The notes beneath the pieces were generated by a model that searched no databases, was not told where the DNA came from, and saw only the letters and a list, made by a program, of their open reading frames with translations. Positions 9,728 through 19,291 of a stretch of DNA of 64,000 nucleotides are shown one piece after another. Source of the DNA: Gemmatimonadota bacterium (GTDB lineage: Bacteria > Gemmatimonadota > Gemmatimonadetes > Gemmatimonadales > GWC2-71-9); the NCBI GenBank assembly GCA_039586365.1, contig JBDHKN010000033.1, forward strand, positions 14,638-78,637, in the 5' to 3' direction. Every line of letters starts with the position of its first letter. The first letter of the stretch is position 1. The translations under genes and the position numbers were made by a program.

Positions 9728-10800
9728 CTCTTTTCGACCACCAAATCTAGCAGCCGTTGCGCCGTGTCATCGAGTTTGTATTCCGCAGCTCTCGCTAGGT
9801 TTGCCTGCCCCATGGCTGCTCGCAGGTTGGTGTCTTCCAGGCAGCGCACCAGCTTCTCCGCCAAGTCGTGGTCGTCGTAGGGCTGCGCCAGCAACCCGTT
9901 GACTCCGTCTTGGATCAACTCTGGTGCTGAACTGGTCCTACATGCCACAACGGCCTTGCCACTGGCCATGGCTTCGAGAAAGACGAGACCGAACCCCTCC
10001 TGCAGACTTGGCAGACAAAACAGATCGCATGAGGCAAACTCCCGCAGCAGGTCGGCGTGGGACAGCGAGCCCAAGAACTCGATGTGGTCCGAGATGCCGA
10101 GGGAGGCGGTCAGCTTGCGGAGGCGGGGTAACTCGGGTCCTTGACCGACAATGCGAACGCGGATTGCCGCAGCCCGCGAGGTGACGAGCCTGGTGGCTCT
10201 GATCAACGCTGCGATGTTCTTGCGTGGATACATGTGTGCCACGCAAAGGACCGTCGGCGGCTGTCCTGTCCGTGCCCGCTCGAAATCAATCCCGGTGAGG
10301 TCGCGCTGCCATCGCACGACGTCGAACGCTGGTGGGACCACGCCGATCCGGTTACGAGGCAGATCGTAGAGTTGGGCGATTCGGTTGCGGCTGTACTCAC
10401 TCGTTGTGATCACGGCGTCGGCACGCCTGGCACTATGCCTCTCGGCCCGTGCCTGCAGCATCAGCAGCTGGGCTACAACGCCTTGCTCGAACCTAGCCTC
10501 GTCCGCCAGGACACCCATTACGTAGCAGACAAAACGGTGAATGCGTCCCGACAGAGTGAAACCATCCATGTCCATGCCGAACACGATGTCGCTGTCGGCG
10601 GCACAACGCTTGGTGAGCTGGAGATTGAAGGCGAACCGTTGGAAGGTGTGTCCCATTCTTCCGGGTAGCCCGTCGGGTCGGATGAATCGCACGGTATGCC
10701 CCAGCTGCTGTAACCCTCTTTGCAGGGCCGCCCCAGCGATGAAGGTGCCGCTACCGTGGGATACGTTGAACGGAGTGGATGTGATCAGCGTGAGGTTCAC
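9724..10800 (-). CDS. Glycosyltransferase family 4 (GT-B)
   Basis: 'PRKNI' and the E-x7-E motif 'PSLQEGFGLVFLEAMASGK'. Confidence 0.92.
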   Translation of the reverse strand: MNLTLITSTPFNVSHGSGTFIAGAALQRGLQQLGHTVRFIRPDGLPGRMGHTFQRFAFNLQLTKRCAADSDIVFGMDMDGFTLSGRIHRFVCYVMGVLADEARFEQGVVAQLLMLQARAERHSARRADAVITTSEYSRNRIAQLYDLPRNRIGVVPPAFDVVRWQRDLTGIDFERARTGQPPTVLCVAHMYPRKNIAALIRATRLVTSRAAAIRVRIVGQGPELPRLRKLTASLGISDHIEFLGSLSHADLLREFASCDLFCLPSLQEGFGLVFLEAMASGKAVVACRTSSAPELIQDGVNGLLAQPYDDHDLAEKLVRCLEDTNLRAAMGQANLARAAEYKLDDTAQRLLDLVVEKS

Positions 10801-12563
10801 AGGTTGCGTCTGGGGATTTGGCCGCCAACGAACCGCTTGAAGCGCTCGAGCGGACCACCCGAGTCCGGGCCCATGCTCTCAGCTATCGCTTGGGCGTATT
10901 GCTCAGCCGAATCAAATCGGTCCGACGGTTCCAGGGTTGCTCCCTTGACCAGAGTCCGGACCAGTTTTTCTGGCAGGTCACCACGGACAGCTGCGATGTC
11001 AGGCAGCCTTCCCACAGTGTGGCGCGCAACGACGGCGGCCGGTGTCCCTCCTCGGAAGGGAACCGACCCGGTTAGAGCGAAGTAGGCGCACAACGTGAGT
11101 GAGTACAGGTCAGCGCGGTGATCTACCGGTTCACCGAGCATCTGCTCAGGGGCCGCGAACTCAGGGGTGCCAGACCGCGACGATGCACCTGCGTGCCAAT
11201 CTGGTCGTTGCAGCGCCAATGCCAGTCCGAAGTCGGCGATCCGCACGCTGCCCGACCCGTCCAGTAGGATGTTCTCGGGCTTGATATCCCGATGGACCAG
11301 ACCGTAGCCGTGCGCGTGTCTGAGCGCGGCCAGAGCCTCCTGCATCAACCTCACCACTCGTTCTACCGGTAGGCGGCCGCCTCTCTCGACGATCTGAGCC
11401 AAGTTCCCGCCAGGCACGTACTCCATCGTGTACCACAGTAACCCGCCGCGTCCCCCGATGTCGTATGTGTTCACTATGTTGCTGTGAACGACCCTGGCCG
11501 ACAACTGCGCTTCCCGGCGAAAACGCTCCACCACTGCTGGATCGGTAGTGAGAAACGGATGCAGGATCTTCAATGCGACTTCTCGCTCCAACTCCAAGTC
11601 GCGCACCCGATAGACGCGCCCGAATCCACCGGAGCCGAGTGCGTCGAGCAGCTCGTAGTCATCACCCAGCAGGCGCCTGAGGTGCTTCTCCCAAGCCCCG
11701 GCATCGTCATAGGCAATCCTCTGCGGAGCTACTGGTATGAGGATGTCGGAGTCGCCCAAGTCGGAGAGTAAGTCGTCGATCATCTCGGCGGCTGAGAAGA
11801 ATCGTTCGCCAGGGTCCTGCTTGAGGGTTCTCATGAGGATACGATTGAGTGCTTGGGGAGACATCGGTCGCAACTCGCGTGGCGGCACGATATCGTAGGG
11901 ATCAGTCGCTGGAATCTGACCGGTGAGAGCGAAGTACACGAGAGCTCCCGCCGTGTAAATGTCACTCCTGGGATCGCCACCACCACCGGCCCGAATCTCC
12001 GGTGCGATGAATGGCACGCTCTCGGGATCCCACTCGTCGGCCACGTCGAGGCAGACACTGGCAAACCTGAGGTCGATCACTCTGGTGCGGCCGGTCGTCT
12101 CGAGCATCACAATCGCTGGGACTATACGGCGTACCGCGATCTGATTGGAATGGATGTATTCCAGCAGGCTTGTGAGGGTGCGCGCGATCCGAAGAACATT
12201 GGGGATCGGCCGGGGACCGCGTGCCACAGCGGCTGCGAGACTCTCACCTTCTATCCACTTCACGACGCGGTAGGCCCAGGGGTCCCGATATCCGGCGCTA
12301 TAGATGGTGCGGAGCCCAGGGTGATCCAGCGATGCCAGCAACTCAGTCTCCCGTTCAAACCAGGTGCGGCTTCGCGTATCGGGCTGCAGGTGAATGCGGA
12401 GCGCTGCTTCCCGCTTGAGTATTCTATCACGTACCACGAACAGGGCGCGCTCCGTCGATGCCGCAACGAGCGTCTTGATTTCGAGTATGTCGTGAAACAC
12501 CTCTTGGGCGCGACCGAAAAGGTCAGGTGCGTTGATCTCGGCTGAGATGAGAGGCTGAATCAT
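10797..12563 (-). CDS. Tandem pseudokinase-Ser/Thr kinase (Hanks type), cytoplasmic
   Basis: The C-terminal domain has GSGGFG, VALK, HRDIKPEN, DFG and APE. The N-terminal kinase-fold domain is degenerate (AALR, VRRIVP, DLR, APE). Confidence 0.88.
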   Translation of the reverse strand: MIQPLISAEINAPDLFGRAQEVFHDILEIKTLVAASTERALFVVRDRILKREAALRIHLQPDTRSRTWFERETELLASLDHPGLRTIYSAGYRDPWAYRVVKWIEGESLAAAVARGPRPIPNVLRIARTLTSLLEYIHSNQIAVRRIVPAIVMLETTGRTRVIDLRFASVCLDVADEWDPESVPFIAPEIRAGGGGDPRSDIYTAGALVYFALTGQIPATDPYDIVPPRELRPMSPQALNRILMRTLKQDPGERFFSAAEMIDDLLSDLGDSDILIPVAPQRIAYDDAGAWEKHLRRLLGDDYELLDALGSGGFGRVYRVRDLELEREVALKILHPFLTTDPAVVERFRREAQLSARVVHSNIVNTYDIGGRGGLLWYTMEYVPGGNLAQIVERGGRLPVERVVRLMQEALAALRHAHGYGLVHRDIKPENILLDGSGSVRIADFGLALALQRPDWHAGASSRSGTPEFAAPEQMLGEPVDHRADLYSLTLCAYFALTGSVPFRGGTPAAVVARHTVGRLPDIAAVRGDLPEKLVRTLVKGATLEPSDRFDSAEQYAQAIAESMGPDSGGPLERFKRFVGGQIPRRNL

Positions 12564-12687
12564 GATATTGCAGTGGTTTCTGGCGCCCGGAAAATAACCA
12601 AAGTCTGACTGGCAAGTGGCTTTTCTGTCCCGCTGGTCTGTCCATCGGCCACTTCTGCCTCTTCGGCTACCTGAATAACTTCACCGG

Positions 12688-14661
12688 ATGCCTTTCCTTC
12701 GCTTGCGTAACGAGCGTTCGGGTGAGATCCATGAGTTCGCTTGTACGGAAGTCGGCGTCGGGCGGGACCCTGGCCTGCAGCTGTCGATGGCAGATGAGGG
12801 CCGCAAGGTCGTGTCCGCACATCACGCTCGCCTGTTCCACCGAGACAATGGCTGGTGGATAGAGGATTCCGGTAGCCGCAACGGCACGTTCCTCGACGAC
12901 CAGCGTCTCGCAGCAAGATCCCCACGACCCGTGACTCCCGGCGGAATCATCAGGCTGGGCAGGACTGGACCCCGCTACTCGGTTCAGGCTGTAACGGAAG
13001 CCCGGTCGTCGACCACCCTATTGGAGGGTGATGTGCCGGTGAGTCCGTCAGCTCCCACTGTGCCGCTCGAGGTAGTGACGGCTGATCCCGCATCGATAGC
13101 TGAGCCGCCGAAGCGGGGACCGCGTCTGGTGCTGTTTGCCGAGAGCACCGGGGAGCGGATGGAAGCACATGGGCCGCGCACGCGGATCGGTCGTGCCAAG
13201 GAGTGCGAGCTGCGTCCAGTTGCTGATAATGACACCTCGATATCCCGCATGCATGCCGAGATCGAGTGGCGGCGTGATGGATCGCTGGTCGTGCGGGATC
13301 TCGGGAGTCGCAACGGTACCTACGTAAACGGCACCAGGGTCGACGACGAGCACCCACTCAAGCTCGGAGATCGTCTCTCACTCGGGCCCACCGGACCGAC
13401 GTTCCTCATAGAGGAACTGCAGGAGATGGTGGCAGCTGTGCCGCCGAGCAGTCGGGGAAGCAAGCGAGGCACGCTCTTCTTCCAGAACCTGATCGAGGAG
13501 TCGAATCGCAAGACTAGGGCACGCATAAGATGGATCGTGTGGACCTTCGTGTTCCTCCTCGCTGGCGCAGTGGGCGTGATGTATTGGATCAGTGAGCAAA
13601 AGGTGCGTGAGACCACAGCCCGACTTGAGGAGCAGTCGAGGTTGCTCGCCGAGCAGGGAGCGGTTGCGGATTCGCTGCGCCGCGCTGCCGCGGATGAGTA
13701 CGAGCGGCTGCGTGAAGAGCTGGAGCAGGCTCGTCAGTCCGCCGCGCCTGCAACGGTGTTGGACAGTCTACGTGACGCGCTGACCGAGGCACGTCAACGC
13801 ACCGACGCGCTAGAGGTGAATCTGTTGCAGGCCCAAGAGTCCCTCAACCGGCAACTGGCAGTCGGTGACTCCTTGCAGCGGGCCGCGCAACAAGAGTTGC
13901 TGAGAGTCAGGTCCGAGTTGAACAGAGCCGTTGGCTCGCGGGAGTCAGCTGCTCTACTCGACAGCCTGCGACAGGCGGTGAGACTGGCTGAGGAACAGGC
14001 CGGCGACATGGAAGCGCGGCTGCGGGCGGTCAAGGGTTCTGATCTGTCAGCAGTGATTCAGGCGAACACAGACGCAGTTGGCTTGGTGACCGCGTTCTTC
14101 CGGTCGGGCCAGTTCGAAGGCTCTGGCTTCGTTCTCGCACCATCAGGCCACTACGTGACCAACCGTCACGTCGTCGTACTGGATGGACAGTGGCCGGACT
14201 CGGTGTACGTCATCATGAATGAACAGCGCCGGAGGTTACGGGCTGACGTGATCAACGTTGGGGCACCGGACGGACCGGACCTGGCTGTTCTCAGAATCCG
14301 CGACTATTCAGGCCCGTACGTGAGGAGTGTGGACTGGACAGGGCACAAGATGGAACTTGGCGAGCCGGCTGCATTGATCGGCTTCCCGGCAGGAATGGCT
14401 ATGGCACTGGATGAAGATTTGACGGTTCGCGTGTCCGTCAACGCCGGGATATTCAGCAAGGTCGAATCAGAACGAGTCCAGTTCGACGGGTTCACTATCA
14501 GTGGTTCGAGCGGAAGCCCCATCTTCAATGCGGACGGTGATGTCGTGGCCGTTCACCGAGCTGGCCTCAAGGATGCAGTCGGCATGGGGTTCGCCGTCAA
14601 GATCGGCCTGTTGATTCCCTTGTTGCCTTCTCAAGTGAAGGCGGAGCTCGGGCTGCCATAG
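12688..14661 (+). CDS. FHA-FHA-TM-coiled coil-trypsin-like (S1) serine protease
   Basis: Two FHA domains (GR..S..H..SRNGT twice), TM 'WIVWTFVFLLAGAVGVMYWI', a long coiled coil, and the triad TNRHVV / PDLAVL / GSSGSP. Confidence 0.9.
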   Translation: MPFLRLRNERSGEIHEFACTEVGVGRDPGLQLSMADEGRKVVSAHHARLFHRDNGWWIEDSGSRNGTFLDDQRLAARSPRPVTPGGIIRLGRTGPRYSVQAVTEARSSTTLLEGDVPVSPSAPTVPLEVVTADPASIAEPPKRGPRLVLFAESTGERMEAHGPRTRIGRAKECELRPVADNDTSISRMHAEIEWRRDGSLVVRDLGSRNGTYVNGTRVDDEHPLKLGDRLSLGPTGPTFLIEELQEMVAAVPPSSRGSKRGTLFFQNLIEESNRKTRARIRWIVWTFVFLLAGAVGVMYWISEQKVRETTARLEEQSRLLAEQGAVADSLRRAAADEYERLREELEQARQSAAPATVLDSLRDALTEARQRTDALEVNLLQAQESLNRQLAVGDSLQRAAQQELLRVRSELNRAVGSRESAALLDSLRQAVRLAEEQAGDMEARLRAVKGSDLSAVIQANTDAVGLVTAFFRSGQFEGSGFVLAPSGHYVTNRHVVVLDGQWPDSVYVIMNEQRRRLRADVINVGAPDGPDLAVLRIRDYSGPYVRSVDWTGHKMELGEPAALIGFPAGMAMALDEDLTVRVSVNAGIFSKVESERVQFDGFTISGSSGSPIFNADGDVVAVHRAGLKDAVGMGFAVKIGLLIPLLPSQVKAELGLP

Positions 14662-14795
14662 GGCTCGGGGTCTTCGGCTTGGGACGGAATCCCGTGGGTC
14701 TGACCGACCGTACGCATGACTGTCGGGATGGTCTGGTGAGCCTGGGGTTGCCGTATGGGATGAGCGGGCAGCTGGGAGATGTCGTCTGCTGCGGC

Positions 14796-15677
14796 TTAGG
14801 TTTGAGGGAGTTGGGTGCGGCGGCGTCGAGTTACGGTGTGGGGGTCGAGCGCGTCGCGGGCACCGTCTCCCAGCAAGTTGCATCCTACTACTGCCAGGAC
14901 GACCATCAAGCCCGGGAACGTGGCGATCCAGGGAGCGTTCACGAGTGCTTCGCGGCCCCCTGCAATCATGTTGCCCCAGGATGGTGCAGGTGGAGGGATA
15001 CCCAGACCCAAAAAGGAAAGACCGGCTTCCAGCATGATGGCGTTGCCCACACCGAGCGCGGCCGCGACGAAGACCGGTGTCAGAGCGTTGGGCAGGAGAT
15101 GGAGCGCCAGCAGCCTGATGTGACCCAATCCAGCAGCGCGGGCGGCCGTCACAAATGGTCGTTCCATAAGACTTTTTGTCTCAGCGCGCGTGAGGCGCGC
15201 GATTCCCATCCAACCGGTGAATCCCAGGACCAGCACGACCAGGGTGAGGCTCGATTCCCACAGTGTCACCAGTGCGAGCAGCAGCACCAGCCGGGGCAGC
15301 GCTAGCGCAGCGTCCGTCAGAGCCATGAGCGCGCGCTCGACCGCTCCCTCTGCGTACGCTGCGACCAGCCCTACTCCGGTCCCGAGCGTCACCGATACCG
15401 CCACCGACATGAAACCGACAGCGAGCGATATGCGTGCCCCAAACAGGATGCGGGACAGCAGGTCACGGCCAAAGCGGTCGGTACCCAGCCAATGCATGAT
15501 CCCGTCGGGCCCGACTGACAGTGGAGGAATGAAGCGGGTCCGCAGAACGTCTTGTTGGACCGTCGGGTCGGATCCGGCGATAAGCGGAGCCAATAGTCCA
15601 AGCAGACACAGGCCGGCGAGGATGGTGAGGCCGGTGGCCGAACGGCGGTCTTCGAACAGGGCCTGGAGTGTCTTCAC
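14796..15677 (-). CDS. Peptide/nickel ABC transporter permease (DppC/OppC type)
   Basis: 'HWLGTDRFGRDLLSRILFGARISL' and 'SFLGLGIPPPAPSWG'. Confidence 0.93.
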   Translation of the reverse strand: MKTLQALFEDRRSATGLTILAGLCLLGLLAPLIAGSDPTVQQDVLRTRFIPPLSVGPDGIMHWLGTDRFGRDLLSRILFGARISLAVGFMSVAVSVTLGTGVGLVAAYAEGAVERALMALTDAALALPRLVLLLALVTLWESSLTLVVLVLGFTGWMGIARLTRAETKSLMERPFVTAARAAGLGHIRLLALHLLPNALTPVFVAAALGVGNAIMLEAGLSFLGLGIPPPAPSWGNMIAGGREALVNAPWIATFPGLMVVLAVVGCNLLGDGARDALDPHTVTRRRRTQLPQT

Positions 15678-16666
15678 CCGTCACTCCCTATGCGTGGATC
15701 GGCCAGCGCGTAGAGGGCATCGGCGAGGAGATTCCCAAGTACAACCAACATGGCGAATACTGCGGTCGTTGCCATTACGACGGGATAGTCTCGTCCACCG
15801 ACCGCATCGACCATTACCCTGCCCATTCCGGGCCACGCGAAGATGACCTCAACGAACACCGTTCCCGAGAACAACGCAGGCAGAGAGAGGCCCAACAGGG
15901 TGATTATCGGTAGCAGTGCGTTGCGCAGGACGTGTCGGATTTCAACGACTAACGGTCTCACTCCCTTGGCACGGGCGGTTCGCACGAACGGGAGCGGCCT
16001 GACATCCAACACGGCACCACGCACGAATCGCGCGGTACCCGCAATGCCGATCGCAGCAAGAGTGACGAGTGGAAGAGCGAGGTGTCTGAGGCGATCGGCG
16101 ACCCGGCCCCAGGGTCCGAGGAATTCCGCGTCCAGTGAGGTGACTCCCATGGCGGGGAACTGCAGCCATGCGGGCCAACCGAACCTGGCCGAAAGGTATG
16201 AGAACACCAACACCAGCATGATCGCGAGCCAATAGGCCGGCATGCCATAGATTACGAGGGTCGAAATGGTGAGTCCTGTGTCGAGAGCGCTACGTTGACG
16301 GATAGCCTGCACAGCACCAACCAGAATGCCTCCAAGGTAGGTCAGCAACAGTGAACTGGCCGAGAGGAGCAGCGTGTGGGGCAAGGCAGCTAAGATCACT
16401 CGCACGGCGGAGCGCTGCTGTACCAGGCTGACGCCCCAGTCGCCGCGAATGAAGTCCGCCAGCCAAGATACGTAGCGCGCTGAGAGCGGCTTGTCGAGCC
16501 CGAGGGCACGGCGTGCATTCGCGATTTCCTCTGCACCAGCTCCCGGCGCTACCCAGAGGCGAACCGGGTCGCCGGGCGCGAGGTGAATTAACAGAAAGGT
16601 GGCCGTGACTACGAAGAACACGATACCCAGGCCCAAGCTGATGCGACGCACGAGTTGGCGGAGCAT
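15674..16666 (-). CDS. Peptide/nickel ABC transporter permease (DppB/OppB type)
   Basis: 'APGDP', 'FVRTARAKG', 'HVLRNALLP', 'EVIFAWPGMG', 'RDYPVV'. Confidence 0.93.
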   Translation of the reverse strand: MLRQLVRRISLGLGIVFFVVTATFLLIHLAPGDPVRLWVAPGAGAEEIANARRALGLDKPLSARYVSWLADFIRGDWGVSLVQQRSAVRVILAALPHTLLLSASSLLLTYLGGILVGAVQAIRQRSALDTGLTISTLVIYGMPAYWLAIMLVLVFSYLSARFGWPAWLQFPAMGVTSLDAEFLGPWGRVADRLRHLALPLVTLAAIGIAGTARFVRGAVLDVRPLPFVRTARAKGVRPLVVEIRHVLRNALLPIITLLGLSLPALFSGTVFVEVIFAWPGMGRVMVDAVGGRDYPVVMATTAVFAMLVVLGNLLADALYALADPRIGSDG

Positions 16667-16706
16667 GCGCTACTGTTGCGCCCTGTGGGGGTGTGCGTCA
16701 AGGGAC

Positions 16707-18272
16707 ATGACCGTTTTCATTGCAGCTGGGGTCCTTTGTGTCATCCTCTCCTCTTGCGGGCCGGCATCGTCCGGTGAGCGTCGGGCCACAGTAGTCTATG
16801 CTTCAGGAGCTGATCTCCAGTCTATCAATCCACTGCTGACCGTCCACCCACTAGCTAAGGCTGTGCAAAAGCACGTTCTGTTCACGACCTTAGCAGCATA
16901 CGATGCGGAGTTCCAGCCGATCCCGCGCTTGGCCGAATGGGCCTGGAACGAAGACAGAAACACGCTCACCTTTCGGCTTCGTGCCGACGTGTGGTGGCAC
17001 GACGGGGTCCCAACCCGGGCACGTGACGTTGTGTGGACGATTCAGTCGGCGCTCGATCCGGTGGTTGCCTATCCGAGGCGCCGGGACCTTGCGACGATCA
17101 CATTGGTGCGAGAAGTGGACTCGCTCACTGTGCTGCTGCATTTTGAACGGCCCCAACCCGTCTTTCCGGACGTGCTCACCGACCTCGCGATCCTGCCGGT
17201 GCACCGCTTGGGAGCGTTGGCACCCTTGGAACTCCGCACGGCTCAGTTCAACCGGGCTCCGGTTGGCAACGGTCCGTTCCGATTCGTCGAGTACTGGCCG
17301 AACTAGAGGTGGATCTTTCGGCGCTCTGAAATGTTCCCAGCTGATCTGGGTCGGCCGGAGATCGAGCAGTTTGTGGTAGTGGTGGTTGACGAGCCAACGA
17401 CCAAACTGGCCGCGCTCACATCGGGAGAGCTGGACTTCGCGGGCATCAGTCCCGCGCACGCGTCATTCGTCAACCGCGATCCAAGGTTGCAGGCTATCGA
17501 CTATCCGATTCAGCTCGTATACGCCATCGTTTGGAATCTGAGGCGACCGCCGCTTGACGACGTGCGAGTGAGGCGGGCTCTAGCAGCAGCGCTCGATCGG
17601 CGACTGATTGTGGATGCATATATCTACGGTTTCGGAATCGTGGCCGATGGTCCGGTACCGCCAGAACACCCGTGGTACGTTGAGGTTGAGGCGATTCCGT
17701 TCGATCGTGACCGGGCCATTGATCTACTGGAACAAGCGGGCTGGCACCTGGGAGCGGGTGGCGTGCGACACAAGGGTGCGGAGAGACTTGCAATCGATCT
17801 GATGACTGTGGGCAGCGGTGACGCGCCGTTGGAGCAGATGATTCAAGCTCAACTGAGGAGTGTTGGCGTGGAGGTCAGCATCCACCAGTTCGAGCTCACT
17901 ACCTTTCTGGCGAGGGCGCAATCACCCGAACGCGACTTCGACGCGCTGGTCACGGGCATCCCCGGGGACTTCTCGCTGGGGTACGTTGCCGCCATGTTCG
18001 AGAGTACTGATCCTGGGCCGCTTGCCTACCCGGGATACGGTAGTGTCGATTTGGATCTTGCCCTGCGGAGAGCGCGCGATGCGGCTTCGGAGCCTGAGCT
18101 GAGATCGGCTTGGCACGAAGTACAACGAAAACTCGCTCGCGGCTATCCGTGCACATGGTTATACCACGCTAGGGGCTTACAGGGCGCGAACCGCCGCATC
18201 TCGAATGCTGGAATCGATCTTCGCGGTGAGCTGGCGGGGATCGCAAGCTGGCGGTTGGGAGACACGCCATGA
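16707..18272 (+). pseudogene. Family-5 ABC substrate-binding lipoprotein interrupted by an in-frame TAG (17304-17306)
   Basis: Lipobox LSSC, 'WHDGVP', 'PVGNGPFRF'. ORFs 16707-17306 and 17331-18272 are in the same frame and separated only by TAG (..YWPN*RWIFRRSE..). Either a real nonsense allele or a base-call error. Confidence 0.85.
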
Positions 18273-19291
18273 CGGCGCACTCACGGGCACCTCTGCGACT
18301 CGATTTTGCGGGAGGATGGTCGGACGTGGCGGACTTTGCCGACCGGGAAGGTGGTACGGTCGTCAACGCCGCGGTGAACATCTTCGTGCACGTAGATTTC
18401 CTGCTCGGCGGGAACCGGATTCGATTGCATGCCGAAGATATGGGCGAGCACCTGACGGTGGAGTCGCCTGCTCTTATCGAATACGACGGTAAACTCGATC
18501 TTCACAAAGCGGCTCTCAACCTGCTCCCCATCACGGGTGGCATCGAGATACTGTCTCGCTCCGATGCACCACCCGGATCGGGGTTAGGGGGGTCCGGTGC
18601 CTTGGACGTGGCACTTCTTGCTGGACTGGCACACTGTAGACAGGAGTCCTACGAGCCAGCCGAGTTGGCCGAACTCGGTTTCGTCCTAGAGGCGGGTGAG
18701 CTGGGCTTGCTCGGCGGGAAGCAGGATCAGTATGCCGCGGCCCTGGGTGGCTTCCACCAGCTCGATTTCGAGCACGGCTCGGTGCGGGTCCGCAGTCTTT
18801 CCATTTCCGAATCGGCGGCGCAAGACCTGGGGCGGCATCTGGTTCTGCTGTACACGGGAAGGACGCACTTCTCGTCTCAGACCCATGCCCGAGTCTGGGA
18901 CTCGTTCCACGGAGGCAACGCCACGGTTGCCGGAGCCATCCGCGCCATGCGAGACGTAGCTCGTCTGGTCGGACCCGTGCTGGAGTCCGGGGATTGGCGC
19001 CGCTTGGGTGAATTGATGGACGAGACCTGGCGCAACCAGCAGTTGCTGGATGCCACCATGTTTACGGCGGCAATTCGTGCCGTGGACTTTGCCGTCCGTG
19101 AAGCAGGTGCATGGGGACTCAAAGCTACTGGAGCCGGTGCTGGAGGTTGCATGGTCGTGATCTGTCCCCCCGAGCGGTGTGATGCCGTGGCTGGCGCCGC
19201 ACGCGCCCACGGTGCGGAGGTGCTCCCGTACGACTTCACGTTCGAGGGCGTGAGAGTGTGGCAGCGAGACGATGCAGCTCCTCACATCTGA
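18269..19291 (+). CDS. GHMP family sugar kinase (HddA/fucokinase-like)
   Basis: 'RAPLRLDFAGGWSD', 'PPGSGLGGSG', 'GGKQDQY', 'KATGAGAGG'. Confidence 0.9.
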   Translation: MTAHSRAPLRLDFAGGWSDVADFADREGGTVVNAAVNIFVHVDFLLGGNRIRLHAEDMGEHLTVESPALIEYDGKLDLHKAALNLLPITGGIEILSRSDAPPGSGLGGSGALDVALLAGLAHCRQESYEPAELAELGFVLEAGELGLLGGKQDQYAAALGGFHQLDFEHGSVRVRSLSISESAAQDLGRHLVLLYTGRTHFSSQTHARVWDSFHGGNATVAGAIRAMRDVARLVGPVLESGDWRRLGELMDETWRNQQLLDATMFTAAIRAVDFAVREAGAWGLKATGAGAGGCMVVICPPERCDAVAGAARAHGAEVLPYDFTFEGVRVWQRDDAAPHI

